Part shown: positions 30,320 through 39,323 of the stretch, piece by piece
Layout: each line of letters starts with the position of its first letter
Position numbering within the stretch: the stretch's first letter is position 1
DNA from: Bacilli bacterium
GTDB taxonomy: Bacteria > Bacillota_I > Bacilli_A > RF39 > UBA660
Direction of reading: 5' to 3'
Assembly (NCBI GenBank): GCA_017612805.1
Contig: JAGAFD010000005.1
Location: 10,130-74,129 of the forward strand
DNA length: 64,000 nucleotides
Translations under genes and position numbers: made by a program
Notes under the pieces: generated by a model
The model's database searches: none
Seen by the model: the letters and a program-made list of their open reading frames with translations, nothing else
Told to the model about the DNA's origin: nothing

Positions 30320-31231
30320 ATGATTACTAATTTTTTTAAAAATAAAATAATTATTCTTTTATTAATTATCACTATTTTATTTATTTATACATTAATTCCT
30401 AAAAATACTAATGATCAAATCACTTACCAAAGTGTTTTTAATGATTATGTTTACCTACTCGACCAAGATAATTACTTAGTAAGAACAGAAGCAATATTTA
30501 GTAGTAATGATCAAGCAGCTTTATTAAAAGAAAAAATAGCTTATTTAATAATTGATTCACCCCAAAACATTTTAATTGATAACGCTTATAAGCCCCTTAT
30601 TCCGAAAAATACTAAAGTCTTAGATTTAAGAATTGATGATGCTACTATCAAGGTTGATTTTTCTAAAGAATTATTAAATATCTCGCCTGCTTTAGAAGAA
30701 AAGATGATTGAAGCAATTATCTATACTTTAACCGAAGATGATTCAATTAAGGAAGTAATGATCTTTGTTGAAGGAACGCTTATCACTAACTTACCTAATT
30801 CCCATATTACTCTTCCTAAAAAACTTAATCGTGAATATGGTATTAACAAAGTTAGTAATCTAACCGATTATAAAAATATTGCTAAAACGACCGTTTATTT
30901 TATAAAAGATGATCACTATCTACCGGTAACTTTAATTAATAATGATAACCATGAAAAAGTTGAAATTATTATTAACGAATTAAAAAGTAATAATATTAAC
31001 GATCCCGATTTAGTAAGTTATTTAAAAGCTAGTACCATTTTAGAAAATTATGAAATCCTAAGCAATAGTATTAACTTATCTTTTAATAAGTATATTTTTG
31101 ATGACTTTAAAAACAAGTTAATAAGTGAAGAAGTTAAATATGCTATCTACTTTTCACTTAAAGATAATTATCAAATAAAAGAAGTTAATTATTTATATGA
31201 CAATCAAGTAGTAAGTCAAATAAATACTTGA
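30320..31231 (+). CDS. membrane-anchored hypothetical protein
   Basis: 303 aa with an N-terminal TM, IIILLLIITILFIYTLIP. Confidence 0.5.
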   Translation: MITNFFKNKIIILLLIITILFIYTLIPKNTNDQITYQSVFNDYVYLLDQDNYLVRTEAIFSSNDQAALLKEKIAYLIIDSPQNILIDNAYKPLIPKNTKVLDLRIDDATIKVDFSKELLNISPALEEKMIEAIIYTLTEDDSIKEVMIFVEGTLITNLPNSHITLPKKLNREYGINKVSNLTDYKNIAKTTVYFIKDDHYLPVTLINNDNHEKVEIIINELKSNNINDPDLVSYLKASTILENYEILSNSINLSFNKYIFDDFKNKLISEEVKYAIYFSLKDNYQIKEVNYLYDNQVVSQINT

Positions 31232-31274
31232 AAAATTCCTAAATTCATGGTATATTCTTAATTGTCTAGCGAAT

Positions 31275-31351
31275 GTCTCCGTAGCTCAGCTGGATAGAGC
31301 ATACGCCTTCTAAGCGTACGGTCGCGCGTTCGAATCGCGCCGGGGACACCA
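31275..31351 (+). tRNA. tRNA-Arg (anticodon TCT), CCA encoded
   Basis: Cloverleaf with acceptor GTCTCCG/CGGGGAC and a GC-rich T-arm (GTCGCGCGTTCGAATCGCGCC). The anticodon loop is CTTCTAA. Confidence 0.85.
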
Positions 31352-31361
31352 TAAAGACAAT

Positions 31362-31393
31362 AAAAGAACTTATGTAAATAAGTTCTTTTTTAT
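31362..31393. terminator. bidirectional intrinsic terminator after tRNA-Arg
   Basis: AAAGAACTTAT-gtaa-ATAAGTTCTTT followed by T-run. Confidence 0.7.
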
Positions 31394-31397
31394 TTTA

Positions 31398-31748
31398 TTA
31401 AAAATCAATTCTTCTTTGATGGAAAGTTAATTTCTTCTTTGGTTTAATTACATTATCTAAGTATTCTTGATCATAAGTAATTGCAATCTTATTATCATTA
31501 TAATCAATTCCACATCCAGCATTAACATAAATTAATACTTCATCCTTACTATTAATAACTACGCGATTACGAACGAAGATTCCTTTTTTATTAACAATAC
31601 CACTATTTAATGTAGCGACAAATAAATCTTCATAAATCGGAATTATATCAATTTTATAATATTTAAATGGAACAACAACATTATCATTTTCTACTATTCC
31701 ATAAAAACCTTGCTCATTCTTTTTAATTTCTTTCATATTTAACCTCAA
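31398..31748 (-). CDS. hypothetical protein
   Basis: 116-aa ORF. Confidence 0.45.
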   Translation of the reverse strand: MRLNMKEIKKNEQGFYGIVENDNVVVPFKYYKIDIIPIYEDLFVATLNSGIVNKKGIFVRNRVVINSKDEVLIYVNAGCGIDYNDNKIAITYDQEYLDNVIKPKKKLTFHQRRIDF

Positions 31749-31763
31749 TTAATTATATGTATT

Positions 31764-32159
31764 TTATTTTTTATTTTGATAAAAAGTTTTAATTAATGTT
31801 TTTGAATAATCATCATCAATATAATAAACTTTTAAAATCTCTTGATTTATAGTTTCTGTTAATTCAGTATCAATTGCTTCATTACCATATTGTTTATTAA
31901 TCATTTTTTCTTGATGTTCTAAACCAAGGCATGAACATAAACAACAACTATCTTTTAAATGATCTACCTTGGAATCACATTTTTTAATTGCCGTTACAAC
32001 AGCGGTAGCAGCAGAAATAACCGAAGCTAAGGTAATAACACTTAATGAAAGCAATTTATATTTCATTTTTTGAACTTCTTCTTTTTTCTTTTCTTCATCA
32101 AATTGCGTTAATTCTTTAGTTGCTAGTTCTTGAAGTGACATTTCTTTTTTATCTGCCAT
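31764..32159 (-). CDS. hypothetical Cys-rich single-TM protein
   Basis: 131 aa with a TM plus CCLCSCLG. Confidence 0.45.
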   Translation of the reverse strand: MADKKEMSLQELATKELTQFDEEKKKEEVQKMKYKLLSLSVITLASVISAATAVVTAIKKCDSKVDHLKDSCCLCSCLGLEHQEKMINKQYGNEAIDTELTETINQEILKVYYIDDDYSKTLIKTFYQNKK

Positions 32160-32160
32160 T

Positions 32161-32847
32161 TTAAAATCTCCTTAATACTTTAATTAAGCCTTCTTCAGAA
32201 TAAAAAGGTTTAAATGGTCCACGTCTTTTTTTCTTATAAATCTTATAAACTTCTGCCAATAAGTTTTTCAATTCTTTAGTTTCGACACTAGTATCAACAT
32301 CAATAATATGATCACATTTAACACGTTTAAATCTTTTTTTAACATCTCTTCTTAAACTATCTGGGGTGAAGGTTGCTAAATTAATATTATGTTCTTCATA
32401 AACCCCTGGATAGTGTTCACGATATAAAGTATCGCCAACGGCCCATCCACATTCCATTTGTGGTTCACGATCAAGATAATTGCAATAGCAAAAATCAACA
32501 AGAATTTTCATAATATCCGCATATCCTAATTGTTCAGGGTAACCATTAGCAGCTAATAAATCACCTAAACATGCACATTTAACAACGGCTTTAGTTTGTT
32601 CTTGTTTAGTAAATTCTTGATTGTCCGCATATCCTAATACTGGATAATTTCTTGATTCATACATTAAATCATTAGCATGGCCATCATCACTCATTACAAA
32701 TACCATAAAGCGATATGGATAATAACCATCAGTATAATATCTTTTATCATCCTTATTATTTACATAGTATTCAGTGAAATCATAAATTCTTCCTACTTCA
32801 CCTAAATAAATACGATTACGATCTACTTTATAATCAACTGATTTCAT
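32161..32847 (-). CDS. hypothetical Cys-rich protein
   Basis: 228-aa ORF. Confidence 0.45.
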   Translation of the reverse strand: MKSVDYKVDRNRIYLGEVGRIYDFTEYYVNNKDDKRYYTDGYYPYRFMVFVMSDDGHANDLMYESRNYPVLGYADNQEFTKQEQTKAVVKCACLGDLLAANGYPEQLGYADIMKILVDFCYCNYLDREPQMECGWAVGDTLYREHYPGVYEEHNINLATFTPDSLRRDVKKRFKRVKCDHIIDVDTSVETKELKNLLAEVYKIYKKKRRGPFKPFYSEEGLIKVLRRF

Positions 32848-32856
32848 AAATCCTCC

Positions 32857-33198
32857 TTAAGCAATAACTTGCTTTAAAGTTCTTTCATTTGTTTTGCTAG
32901 CAGCTTTAGCTTTATCCCATTCTTCACATACTTTTTCATATAAACCATCAACATAATAGAATTGTTTAACTAAAGTTTCTTTTTCTCTTGGGGTCCAATT
33001 ATGATTTTCTAAAATCCAAAAGCGAATATCATATGGATCAACTTGGGAAAAATCAAATGGTTTATTTTCTCTACACCATTGAATTGATCCCGGACATTTT
33101 AACGCTTCAGCAATAAACATATATTTCTCATTATCATATAATTTAATAACCGGCATTTTTAAAGTAAAGATTAACATTTCTTTAGTAATGTTCATCAT
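32857..33198 (-). CDS. hypothetical protein
   Basis: 113-aa ORF. Confidence 0.45.
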   Translation of the reverse strand: MMNITKEMLIFTLKMPVIKLYDNEKYMFIAEALKCPGSIQWCRENKPFDFSQVDPYDIRFWILENHNWTPREKETLVKQFYYVDGLYEKVCEEWDKAKAASKTNERTLKQVIA

Positions 33199-33268
33199 TA
33201 TTACCCCCTCTTTACGCAGATTAAATATTATTTTACACTATTTTTAAAAGATTTCAATAAAAAAAGTA

Positions 33269-33667
33269 CTATTTTTTAGTACTCTTTACTTCCTTTGGTA
33301 AATTGATATCTTCAATACCTCCCATATTATAAACTTCAAAACCTAAGTTATATAAAGTTTGGTAAGCAATATCTGCTCTAAAACCACTTTTACAATATAA
33401 TAGAATTACTTTATCTTTATAAAGTGAAGTATCATTCGTAACTTCACCATAAGGAATATTAATAGCATCAATAATATGTTCTTCTTCATATTCAAGCGGG
33501 GTTCTAACATCAATAATAATATAATCATTATTAGCCATAATCTCTTTTAATTCCGTAGCATTAAGATACTCTTTTTGATTATCATCTTTATCAATGACTT
33601 TTTTCAAAGAAAAAGTACAACCCGTTAATAATAATGTTATTAAACTTAATATCAAAAACTTCTTCAT
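33269..33667 (-). CDS. rhodanese-domain lipoprotein
   Basis: Lipobox LLTGC. The rhodanese fold has its active Cys in LLYCKSGFRA. Confidence 0.65.
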   Translation of the reverse strand: MKKFLILSLITLLLTGCTFSLKKVIDKDDNQKEYLNATELKEIMANNDYIIIDVRTPLEYEEEHIIDAINIPYGEVTNDTSLYKDKVILLYCKSGFRADIAYQTLYNLGFEVYNMGGIEDINLPKEVKSTKK

Positions 33668-33721
33668 TTAAATCACCAATTCTATTATATCTTAAAATTA
33701 TTTATTATCAAACAAATAATA

Positions 33722-33747
33722 TCAAAAAATAAAGACCGAAGTCTTTA
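33722..33747 (-). terminator. intrinsic terminator after the surface-protein gene
   Basis: AAAGACTTCGGTCTTT followed by U-run on the minus strand. Confidence 0.6.
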
Positions 33748-33750
33748 TTT

Positions 33751-36120
33751 TTAATTAGTTAATTTTTTCTTTATATAAATAGTTGTACCAACAAGTGAAA
33801 CAAAACTTACACCTAAGATACCTAAATATATTCCTAAATGATCAGCAGTTTTTGGATTTTTAGTTTCATTTTTAGTTTCCACAACCGCAAGGGTTGTATC
33901 AGTAGGAGTTTCAACCTTTTTACCAGTAATTGCATAATTACTTAAATGATTTATAGTACCAACTAAATAACCATCTTCAACTGTTAATTTAATAGGTGTT
34001 TCAATTGTTAAGTCATCTTTAACATAAATGATATAAAATTCATTAAAATCTTTCATTTCATCAGTCATTTTGATTTTAATTTTAAATGGTCCATTATGAA
34101 GTTCATTATTTGATTCATCAGTTATAACGAAATCATAAACACCAACTAAAGTACCATAAGCCTTAGTTGCATCTTTAATCATTAAATAACCGACATTATA
34201 CTCTTCTTTTGTAATTTCACGTTCTTGTAATTGCTCATCAGTTAAATTAAACCAATTAATAATATCTAAAGAATAATTATGGCCTTCAGGTTTAGTAAAG
34301 AAAATAGAATTACCATCTTTAGTTACAGTATAATCTTTATTAACTGCATCCTTTTCTGCAATTGCATAATTAGAAAACGAATTAGTTTCAAAAGCAATCG
34401 CATTTAATTCTTCATAATAATCAGCTTCAATTATTTCATAATCAATTACTGTATCGCCATCATGTATTTCATGAATAACAACAAATTCTTTACCAGCCAT
34501 ATCATCTTTTAATTCTAAAACAACAACTGCATCACTATCTAGATTAGTTATTGATTGATCCCATGATTCAAAATTACCATTATTATCTTTTAATCCACCT
34601 TTATAAACCGTATTAAATAAAGATAAATCTAAATAATCAGTAACCTCAAAACCAACTTCTGAAGCTTTACTATCAAACTCTGCTTTACGATCAGCATTTA
34701 AGTTAGAAGCATCGTCTACTTCAAGTTTAGCAGTACCATATTCAAAAGCATCATTACTTACTTCAATTGCCCCATTACGAATTGCTTCAACATTTGATTT
34801 AACTTCATTTCCTTCTTCAGTAAATTTAGCTTCTAGATGGAAGTTACCACCTGTAATTGTAAAAGTATAAACACAAGGTTCATCACCTGGTTCAAAAGGA
34901 TTACCATTTAAACCAAAACTTGTTAATTGATATCCAGGATCTGGTATTAATTTAACTGTTAATTCTGTTCCAACAGGAAGGGTTGCAGAACCCCAAGATG
35001 AATCCCATTCCGTATAAACTTCTTTTCTTACTGCATCATGCCAATCATAAATATTACCAGCCGCATTAAAGTCAGCTACACTAGTATAAGTTTCATCATC
35101 AACAACTGCTTGAACAAACTCTAACTTTGCATTAGGAATCATATCATCTTCAGATCCACCAGCATTAGGATCATAATTCCATAAGAAATTACCAAATAAT
35201 ATTTCATCACCATGTTGTTTACGACCAGTAATTTCTACATCATATGTGTTATTTTCAGTTTTATCTACTTCAAAATAATACTCTAATTGTTGATTAGTAT
35301 AAATTTCAATTAAATCTTCTTTAGTAGTAGGAAGTTGATCAGCAAAACTTTGATCATTAATTACAACATCTGTTAATAATGAATTCCATTGTACTTTAAT
35401 TCCAATAATAATTGTATCTTGTGAAATATCTGGATAACCAATTTCCATTGGTTCAGTAGTAACTATTTTACTATATGCAAGTGGATCTTCTTGATATAGT
35501 GTATACTCTACTTTATTTGGATCAATACCATAGAAACTATGTTCTTCATTGATACCAATTTTAATTTCTGATGCATAACCATCATAATTAGGTTCAAATT
35601 CATGACCGTTAATGGTGACATTAACATAAGCTTTAGTATCATATTCTGGATGATAATCACCTGGATTACCTAATTCTTCAATTGATAAACCAAAGAATGT
35701 ACCAGGATCTTCTTGAGTTACTGGATACTCTGATTTATCCATTACGAAGGTAAATGTATAAATATCTCCTGCAATGGCAACATTTTTAGTAACATAATCA
35801 CCCCAGTTACCACCATACATTAAATCAGGTACTTTGTCAGTTAACTTTTTAACCGCAATAACAATTGTGTACTCATCATCATTAGTATAGTAACAATCTT
35901 GTTGACTTTCCCAATTATTATCGTTTACCTTAACACTAATTAATTGGAAATTTAATTCATCATGATTATCAACACCAACTGATAACACTTTATCACCAGC
36001 AGAAGTATTATAATCTTGTGCAAAAACCTTAATTGCTGGAGAAAAATATGAGATTAACATTAATAGTGCTAAGAAAACTCTAATACTTTTTTTAGAAATT
36101 TTTCTTAAAAATCTTTTCAT
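33751..36120 (-). CDS. large secreted/surface protein with C-terminal sorting-signal-like tail
   Basis: 789 aa. An N-terminal signal peptide, and a C-terminus ...TKNPKTADHLGIYLGILGVSFVSLVGTTIYIKKKLTN (NPKT motif, hydrophobic stretch, basic tail). Confidence 0.6.
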   Translation of the reverse strand: MKRFLRKISKKSIRVFLALLMLISYFSPAIKVFAQDYNTSAGDKVLSVGVDNHDELNFQLISVKVNDNNWESQQDCYYTNDDEYTIVIAVKKLTDKVPDLMYGGNWGDYVTKNVAIAGDIYTFTFVMDKSEYPVTQEDPGTFFGLSIEELGNPGDYHPEYDTKAYVNVTINGHEFEPNYDGYASEIKIGINEEHSFYGIDPNKVEYTLYQEDPLAYSKIVTTEPMEIGYPDISQDTIIIGIKVQWNSLLTDVVINDQSFADQLPTTKEDLIEIYTNQQLEYYFEVDKTENNTYDVEITGRKQHGDEILFGNFLWNYDPNAGGSEDDMIPNAKLEFVQAVVDDETYTSVADFNAAGNIYDWHDAVRKEVYTEWDSSWGSATLPVGTELTVKLIPDPGYQLTSFGLNGNPFEPGDEPCVYTFTITGGNFHLEAKFTEEGNEVKSNVEAIRNGAIEVSNDAFEYGTAKLEVDDASNLNADRKAEFDSKASEVGFEVTDYLDLSLFNTVYKGGLKDNNGNFESWDQSITNLDSDAVVVLELKDDMAGKEFVVIHEIHDGDTVIDYEIIEADYYEELNAIAFETNSFSNYAIAEKDAVNKDYTVTKDGNSIFFTKPEGHNYSLDIINWFNLTDEQLQEREITKEEYNVGYLMIKDATKAYGTLVGVYDFVITDESNNELHNGPFKIKIKMTDEMKDFNEFYIIYVKDDLTIETPIKLTVEDGYLVGTINHLSNYAITGKKVETPTDTTLAVVETKNETKNPKTADHLGIYLGILGVSFVSLVGTTIYIKKKLTN

Positions 36121-36214
36121 ATACTCCTCCTATTATTTCTTAACATAATAATATTATATAAACATAATTATTTCAATAAAAATCCAATAAAAAAATAGTG
36201 CTTTACAGCCCTAT

Positions 36215-36421
36215 TTAAAAATAAAATACTTCTTCAAATTTCTTATCTAATGCAATACATATAACATAAGCTAACTTAGCGGTTGGTTGATATTGGCCAG
36301 TTTCTAGTGAACTAATCGTATTTCTTGAAACGCCAACCATATCTGCTAGTTCTTGTTGACTCATTTTTTTATCCGTTCTAATTTCTTTTAAATGGTTTTT
36401 TAAAATTAACTTTTTCTCCAT
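36215..36421 (-). CDS. XRE-family HTH transcriptional regulator (68 aa)
   Basis: The HTH reads MSQQELADMVGVSRNTISSLETGQ. Confidence 0.7.
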   Translation of the reverse strand: MEKKLILKNHLKEIRTDKKMSQQELADMVGVSRNTISSLETGQYQPTAKLAYVICIALDKKFEEVFYF

Positions 36422-36423
36422 TA

Positions 36424-36744
36424 TTAAATTACCTTAAAATAACCTAATATTAACAATACAGTAACTATTAACCAAATAACTGATGTAAAAATATAAAGCC
36501 AACGATTTTTTTCTAACTTAATTCCTTTATAACCATAACCAACAGAACAGAAAATAGCTATTAATGAATATAATACTGGATTAGTACCCTTTCCAGAACA
36601 AATTTCATAAGTATAAAAAACAGTTGCTAAAATAAGCATAGCTAGTGCTCCAGCCCATGTAGCTTTATAAGAAATCTCCGTTTCATATGGATCTTTCTTT
36701 TTATTATCACGACGATTCATTGCTAATATTTCTTCTTTTTTCAT
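36424..36744 (-). CDS. small membrane protein co-transcribed with XRE regulator
   Basis: 106 aa, three TM helices, AGGAGGAAA RBS. Confidence 0.5.
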   Translation of the reverse strand: MKKEEILAMNRRDNKKKDPYETEISYKATWAGALAMLILATVFYTYEICSGKGTNPVLYSLIAIFCSVGYGYKGIKLEKNRWLYIFTSVIWLIVTVLLILGYFKVI

Positions 36745-36757
36745 AATTTCCTCCTTG

Positions 36758-36808
36758 CCAAGTTAACTTGGTATTTACAATATATCACTTGCCAAGTATA
36801 CTTGTCAA
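36758..36808 (-). promoter_or_regulatory. promoter with two palindromic operator sites (CCAAGTTAACTTGG and CCAAGTATACTTG)
   Basis: On the minus strand: TTGACA (36803-36808), a 17-nt spacer, ATATAT (36780-36785). O2 (36792-36804) overlaps the -35. O1 (36758-36771) lies between the -10 and the RBS. Confidence 0.55.
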
Positions 36809-36832
36809 TACTTTTTATAAAAAAAGAAAAGA

Positions 36833-37858
36833 TTAATTTTTTCTTTTCCTTAATACATTGTAAGTTAATACAATTAAACCACTAACAATTAATGGAATAT
36901 AGAAAGTATAAGTTCTCGTTAAAAGCATTCCCACATCGGCTAGCTTAGAAGCAAAGACCATTACAAACAAATTATGGAACATTCCTTCTGAAACTCCTGC
37001 TCCACCAGGAATTGGTACGGCTTCCATGGTAACTTGAACAATTACTTGAATACTTAATAAATCAAGATAAGTATACGTATTAAATCCTAAAGCACGATAT
37101 ACGACATAAGCAATACTAAAATATAATATTCTTTGAATTGCTGCTAAGAAGAAGTCAATAACAACAACCTTTTTATGATCGGCAATGAAAAGAATTTCTT
37201 CATTATATCTTTTTAAGATTTCATCAATATCAAGTTTATCAATATACTTTCTTAGAATTGGAATCTTACGACCAAGGTTTAAAACTTTATTAGCTAAACC
37301 TCTTATAAAACTTTGATTAAAAACTAAGATCGTACAACTTACTACTACAAATAAATCAACTAAGAATCCTAAACCAAAGAACGCCATATAAACATAGCGG
37401 GAATTAAATAAGAATTCAGATTTATAAATTAATGCTATAATTCCTAATACTAATAAGATTAATTTAAAATAAATTGTATTAAGCATTAACGTAATATAAC
37501 TTTTACGCATTGGAATCTTATCCTTAGTCATATAAATTAATTCAGCTGGTTGACCACCTGATGCTGAAGGCGTAATACCACTAAAATAACATTCTACTAA
37601 CGCATAAAAAGTACATTTTAATATCGTTGTTTTTTGTTTCAAGGTAGTTAAAATAATTTTCATATAAACACCTTGAATAATATAATATAAAGCCATGATA
37701 ATAAAACATAGCACAATATATTCATATTTTAAAGTTTTAAATTGTTCAATAATAACTTCGATTGATTCTTTATCATAAATAACTTTAAAAGTTAAAAAAA
37801 TGATTAAAATTAAGAACAAGATTGATAAAAAATATTTTAATTTACTGTTCTTCTTCAA
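36833..37858 (-). CDS. polytopic membrane protein, flippase-like/UPF0104 (MprF TM-domain-like) family
   Basis: 341 aa with at least 8 TM helices. It is in an operon with psd and pssA. Confidence 0.45.
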   Translation of the reverse strand: MKKNSKLKYFLSILFLILIIFLTFKVIYDKESIEVIIEQFKTLKYEYIVLCFIIMALYYIIQGVYMKIILTTLKQKTTILKCTFYALVECYFSGITPSASGGQPAELIYMTKDKIPMRKSYITLMLNTIYFKLILLVLGIIALIYKSEFLFNSRYVYMAFFGLGFLVDLFVVVSCTILVFNQSFIRGLANKVLNLGRKIPILRKYIDKLDIDEILKRYNEEILFIADHKKVVVIDFFLAAIQRILYFSIAYVVYRALGFNTYTYLDLLSIQVIVQVTMEAVPIPGGAGVSEGMFHNLFVMVFASKLADVGMLLTRTYTFYIPLIVSGLIVLTYNVLRKRKN

Positions 37859-37873
37859 TTTTAATCACCTTCT

Positions 37874-38695
37874 TTATATATCTAGCTTTTCACCCATTTT
37901 AACAATTGTTTCAATATCATCTTCACTACATTGTAAGATTTTTTCATTGAACTTAATATCTTTATTAATTAATAAAATGATTGTTGAACCACCAAATTCA
38001 AAATGGCCTTTTTCTTGACCGATGCTAAATTCGGTAACTGGTTCATTAACAATTCTACCAACCATCATTGCTCCTACTTCAATATAGCAAACATCACCTA
38101 AATGATCACAATCTAGGAATGTTACTTCACGGGCATTTTCTTTAAATACTTTATATTTTTTTAAAGCAATTGGTTGAACTGTATGAAACTTACCTTTTAT
38201 ATATTTAGATTTAACAATTTTTCCGCTATCCGGAAATAAATAATGATGATAATCATCAACACATAATCTAAATACTAAAGCATATTTATATTGCTTTTTT
38301 TCACCAATTAATTCATCAATCGTATAAATAGAATCTTTAATATTTAATTTAGTATTCTTATCAATCTTATATACCGTTAATTTAGCATCACTAATCGCAT
38401 ATAAGCCTTTACTAATCTTTCTTTTACCAGGTTTAATATTACGCATAAAAAACTCATTGAAAGAACGATACTTCGTATCTTCATATTCTTCCATATTAAT
38501 ATTATTCTTTTTAATAAACTTTTTTATGCGCCATTTAGAAAACCAAGAATTCATATACATTCTTGATAAATTCGCTGTTAATTTAGTAATAAATAATCTT
38601 AACATAATTCTACCTAATAAAGAATTATACATAAAACTTAATCCTTTTCTTGTAGAACCTTCAATATATTGATCTTTTTTTAAATCATAATACAT
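37874..38695 (-). CDS. psd: phosphatidylserine decarboxylase proenzyme
   Basis: Self-cleavage motif region FEFGGSTIILL, with PSD-like overall sequence. Confidence 0.7.
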   Translation of the reverse strand: MYYDLKKDQYIEGSTRKGLSFMYNSLLGRIMLRLFITKLTANLSRMYMNSWFSKWRIKKFIKKNNINMEEYEDTKYRSFNEFFMRNIKPGKRKISKGLYAISDAKLTVYKIDKNTKLNIKDSIYTIDELIGEKKQYKYALVFRLCVDDYHHYLFPDSGKIVKSKYIKGKFHTVQPIALKKYKVFKENAREVTFLDCDHLGDVCYIEVGAMMVGRIVNEPVTEFSIGQEKGHFEFGGSTIILLINKDIKFNEKILQCSEDDIETIVKMGEKLDI

Positions 38696-39321
38696 TATCT
38701 AATCACCACTAATAATACCCCTAAAGCTACTGCTAAAATTGGTATTATTATATACATTACGCCCTTAAATTTAGGAACTTTAATATTTAATACAAATAAT
38801 AATGAACAAGCTAATGTTGCTACCATATAAACTACTTTAAAACTTGTTTCCGGAATATTAGTGTGTAATAAACCTAAAATTGGATAAATTATTGCTGTTG
38901 CGGTAACTGGAAGTCCATTATATGTTTTAATCGGAGTATCAGAATTAGTATTAATATTAAAATAAGCTAATCTTGAAACACCACACATAATGAATAATGC
39001 AAAAATAACAAAATCCCAAATAGCATTCATTCCAAGTGATAACATAATAACTACTGGTAATACTAAAAAGTTAAATGTATCAGCTAAAGAATCTATTTGA
39101 ATACCAAATTCTTTTTCTTGTTCGGTTCTTTTACAAGCTCTTGCTACTTTACCATCAAACATATCACAAATACCAGATAACATTAAGAAAATTAATGAAA
39201 ATCTAATATATGGAACATCTGAAAATGCAATTTTAGAGAATGCAAAATACATTGAAACACAAGCAAAGATAACTCCTAAATAAGTTACTAATACTGACTT
39301 ATGGACTTTTATTATAAACAT
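38695..39321 (-). CDS. pssA: CDP-diacylglycerol--serine O-phosphatidyltransferase (CDP-alcohol phosphatidyltransferase family)
   Basis: The motif is DMFDGKVARACKRTEQEKEFGIQIDSLAD. Confidence 0.7.
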   Translation of the reverse strand: MFIIKVHKSVLVTYLGVIFACVSMYFAFSKIAFSDVPYIRFSLIFLMLSGICDMFDGKVARACKRTEQEKEFGIQIDSLADTFNFLVLPVVIMLSLGMNAIWDFVIFALFIMCGVSRLAYFNINTNSDTPIKTYNGLPVTATAIIYPILGLLHTNIPETSFKVVYMVATLACSLLFVLNIKVPKFKGVMYIIIPILAVALGVLLVVIR

Positions 39322-39323
39322 AT

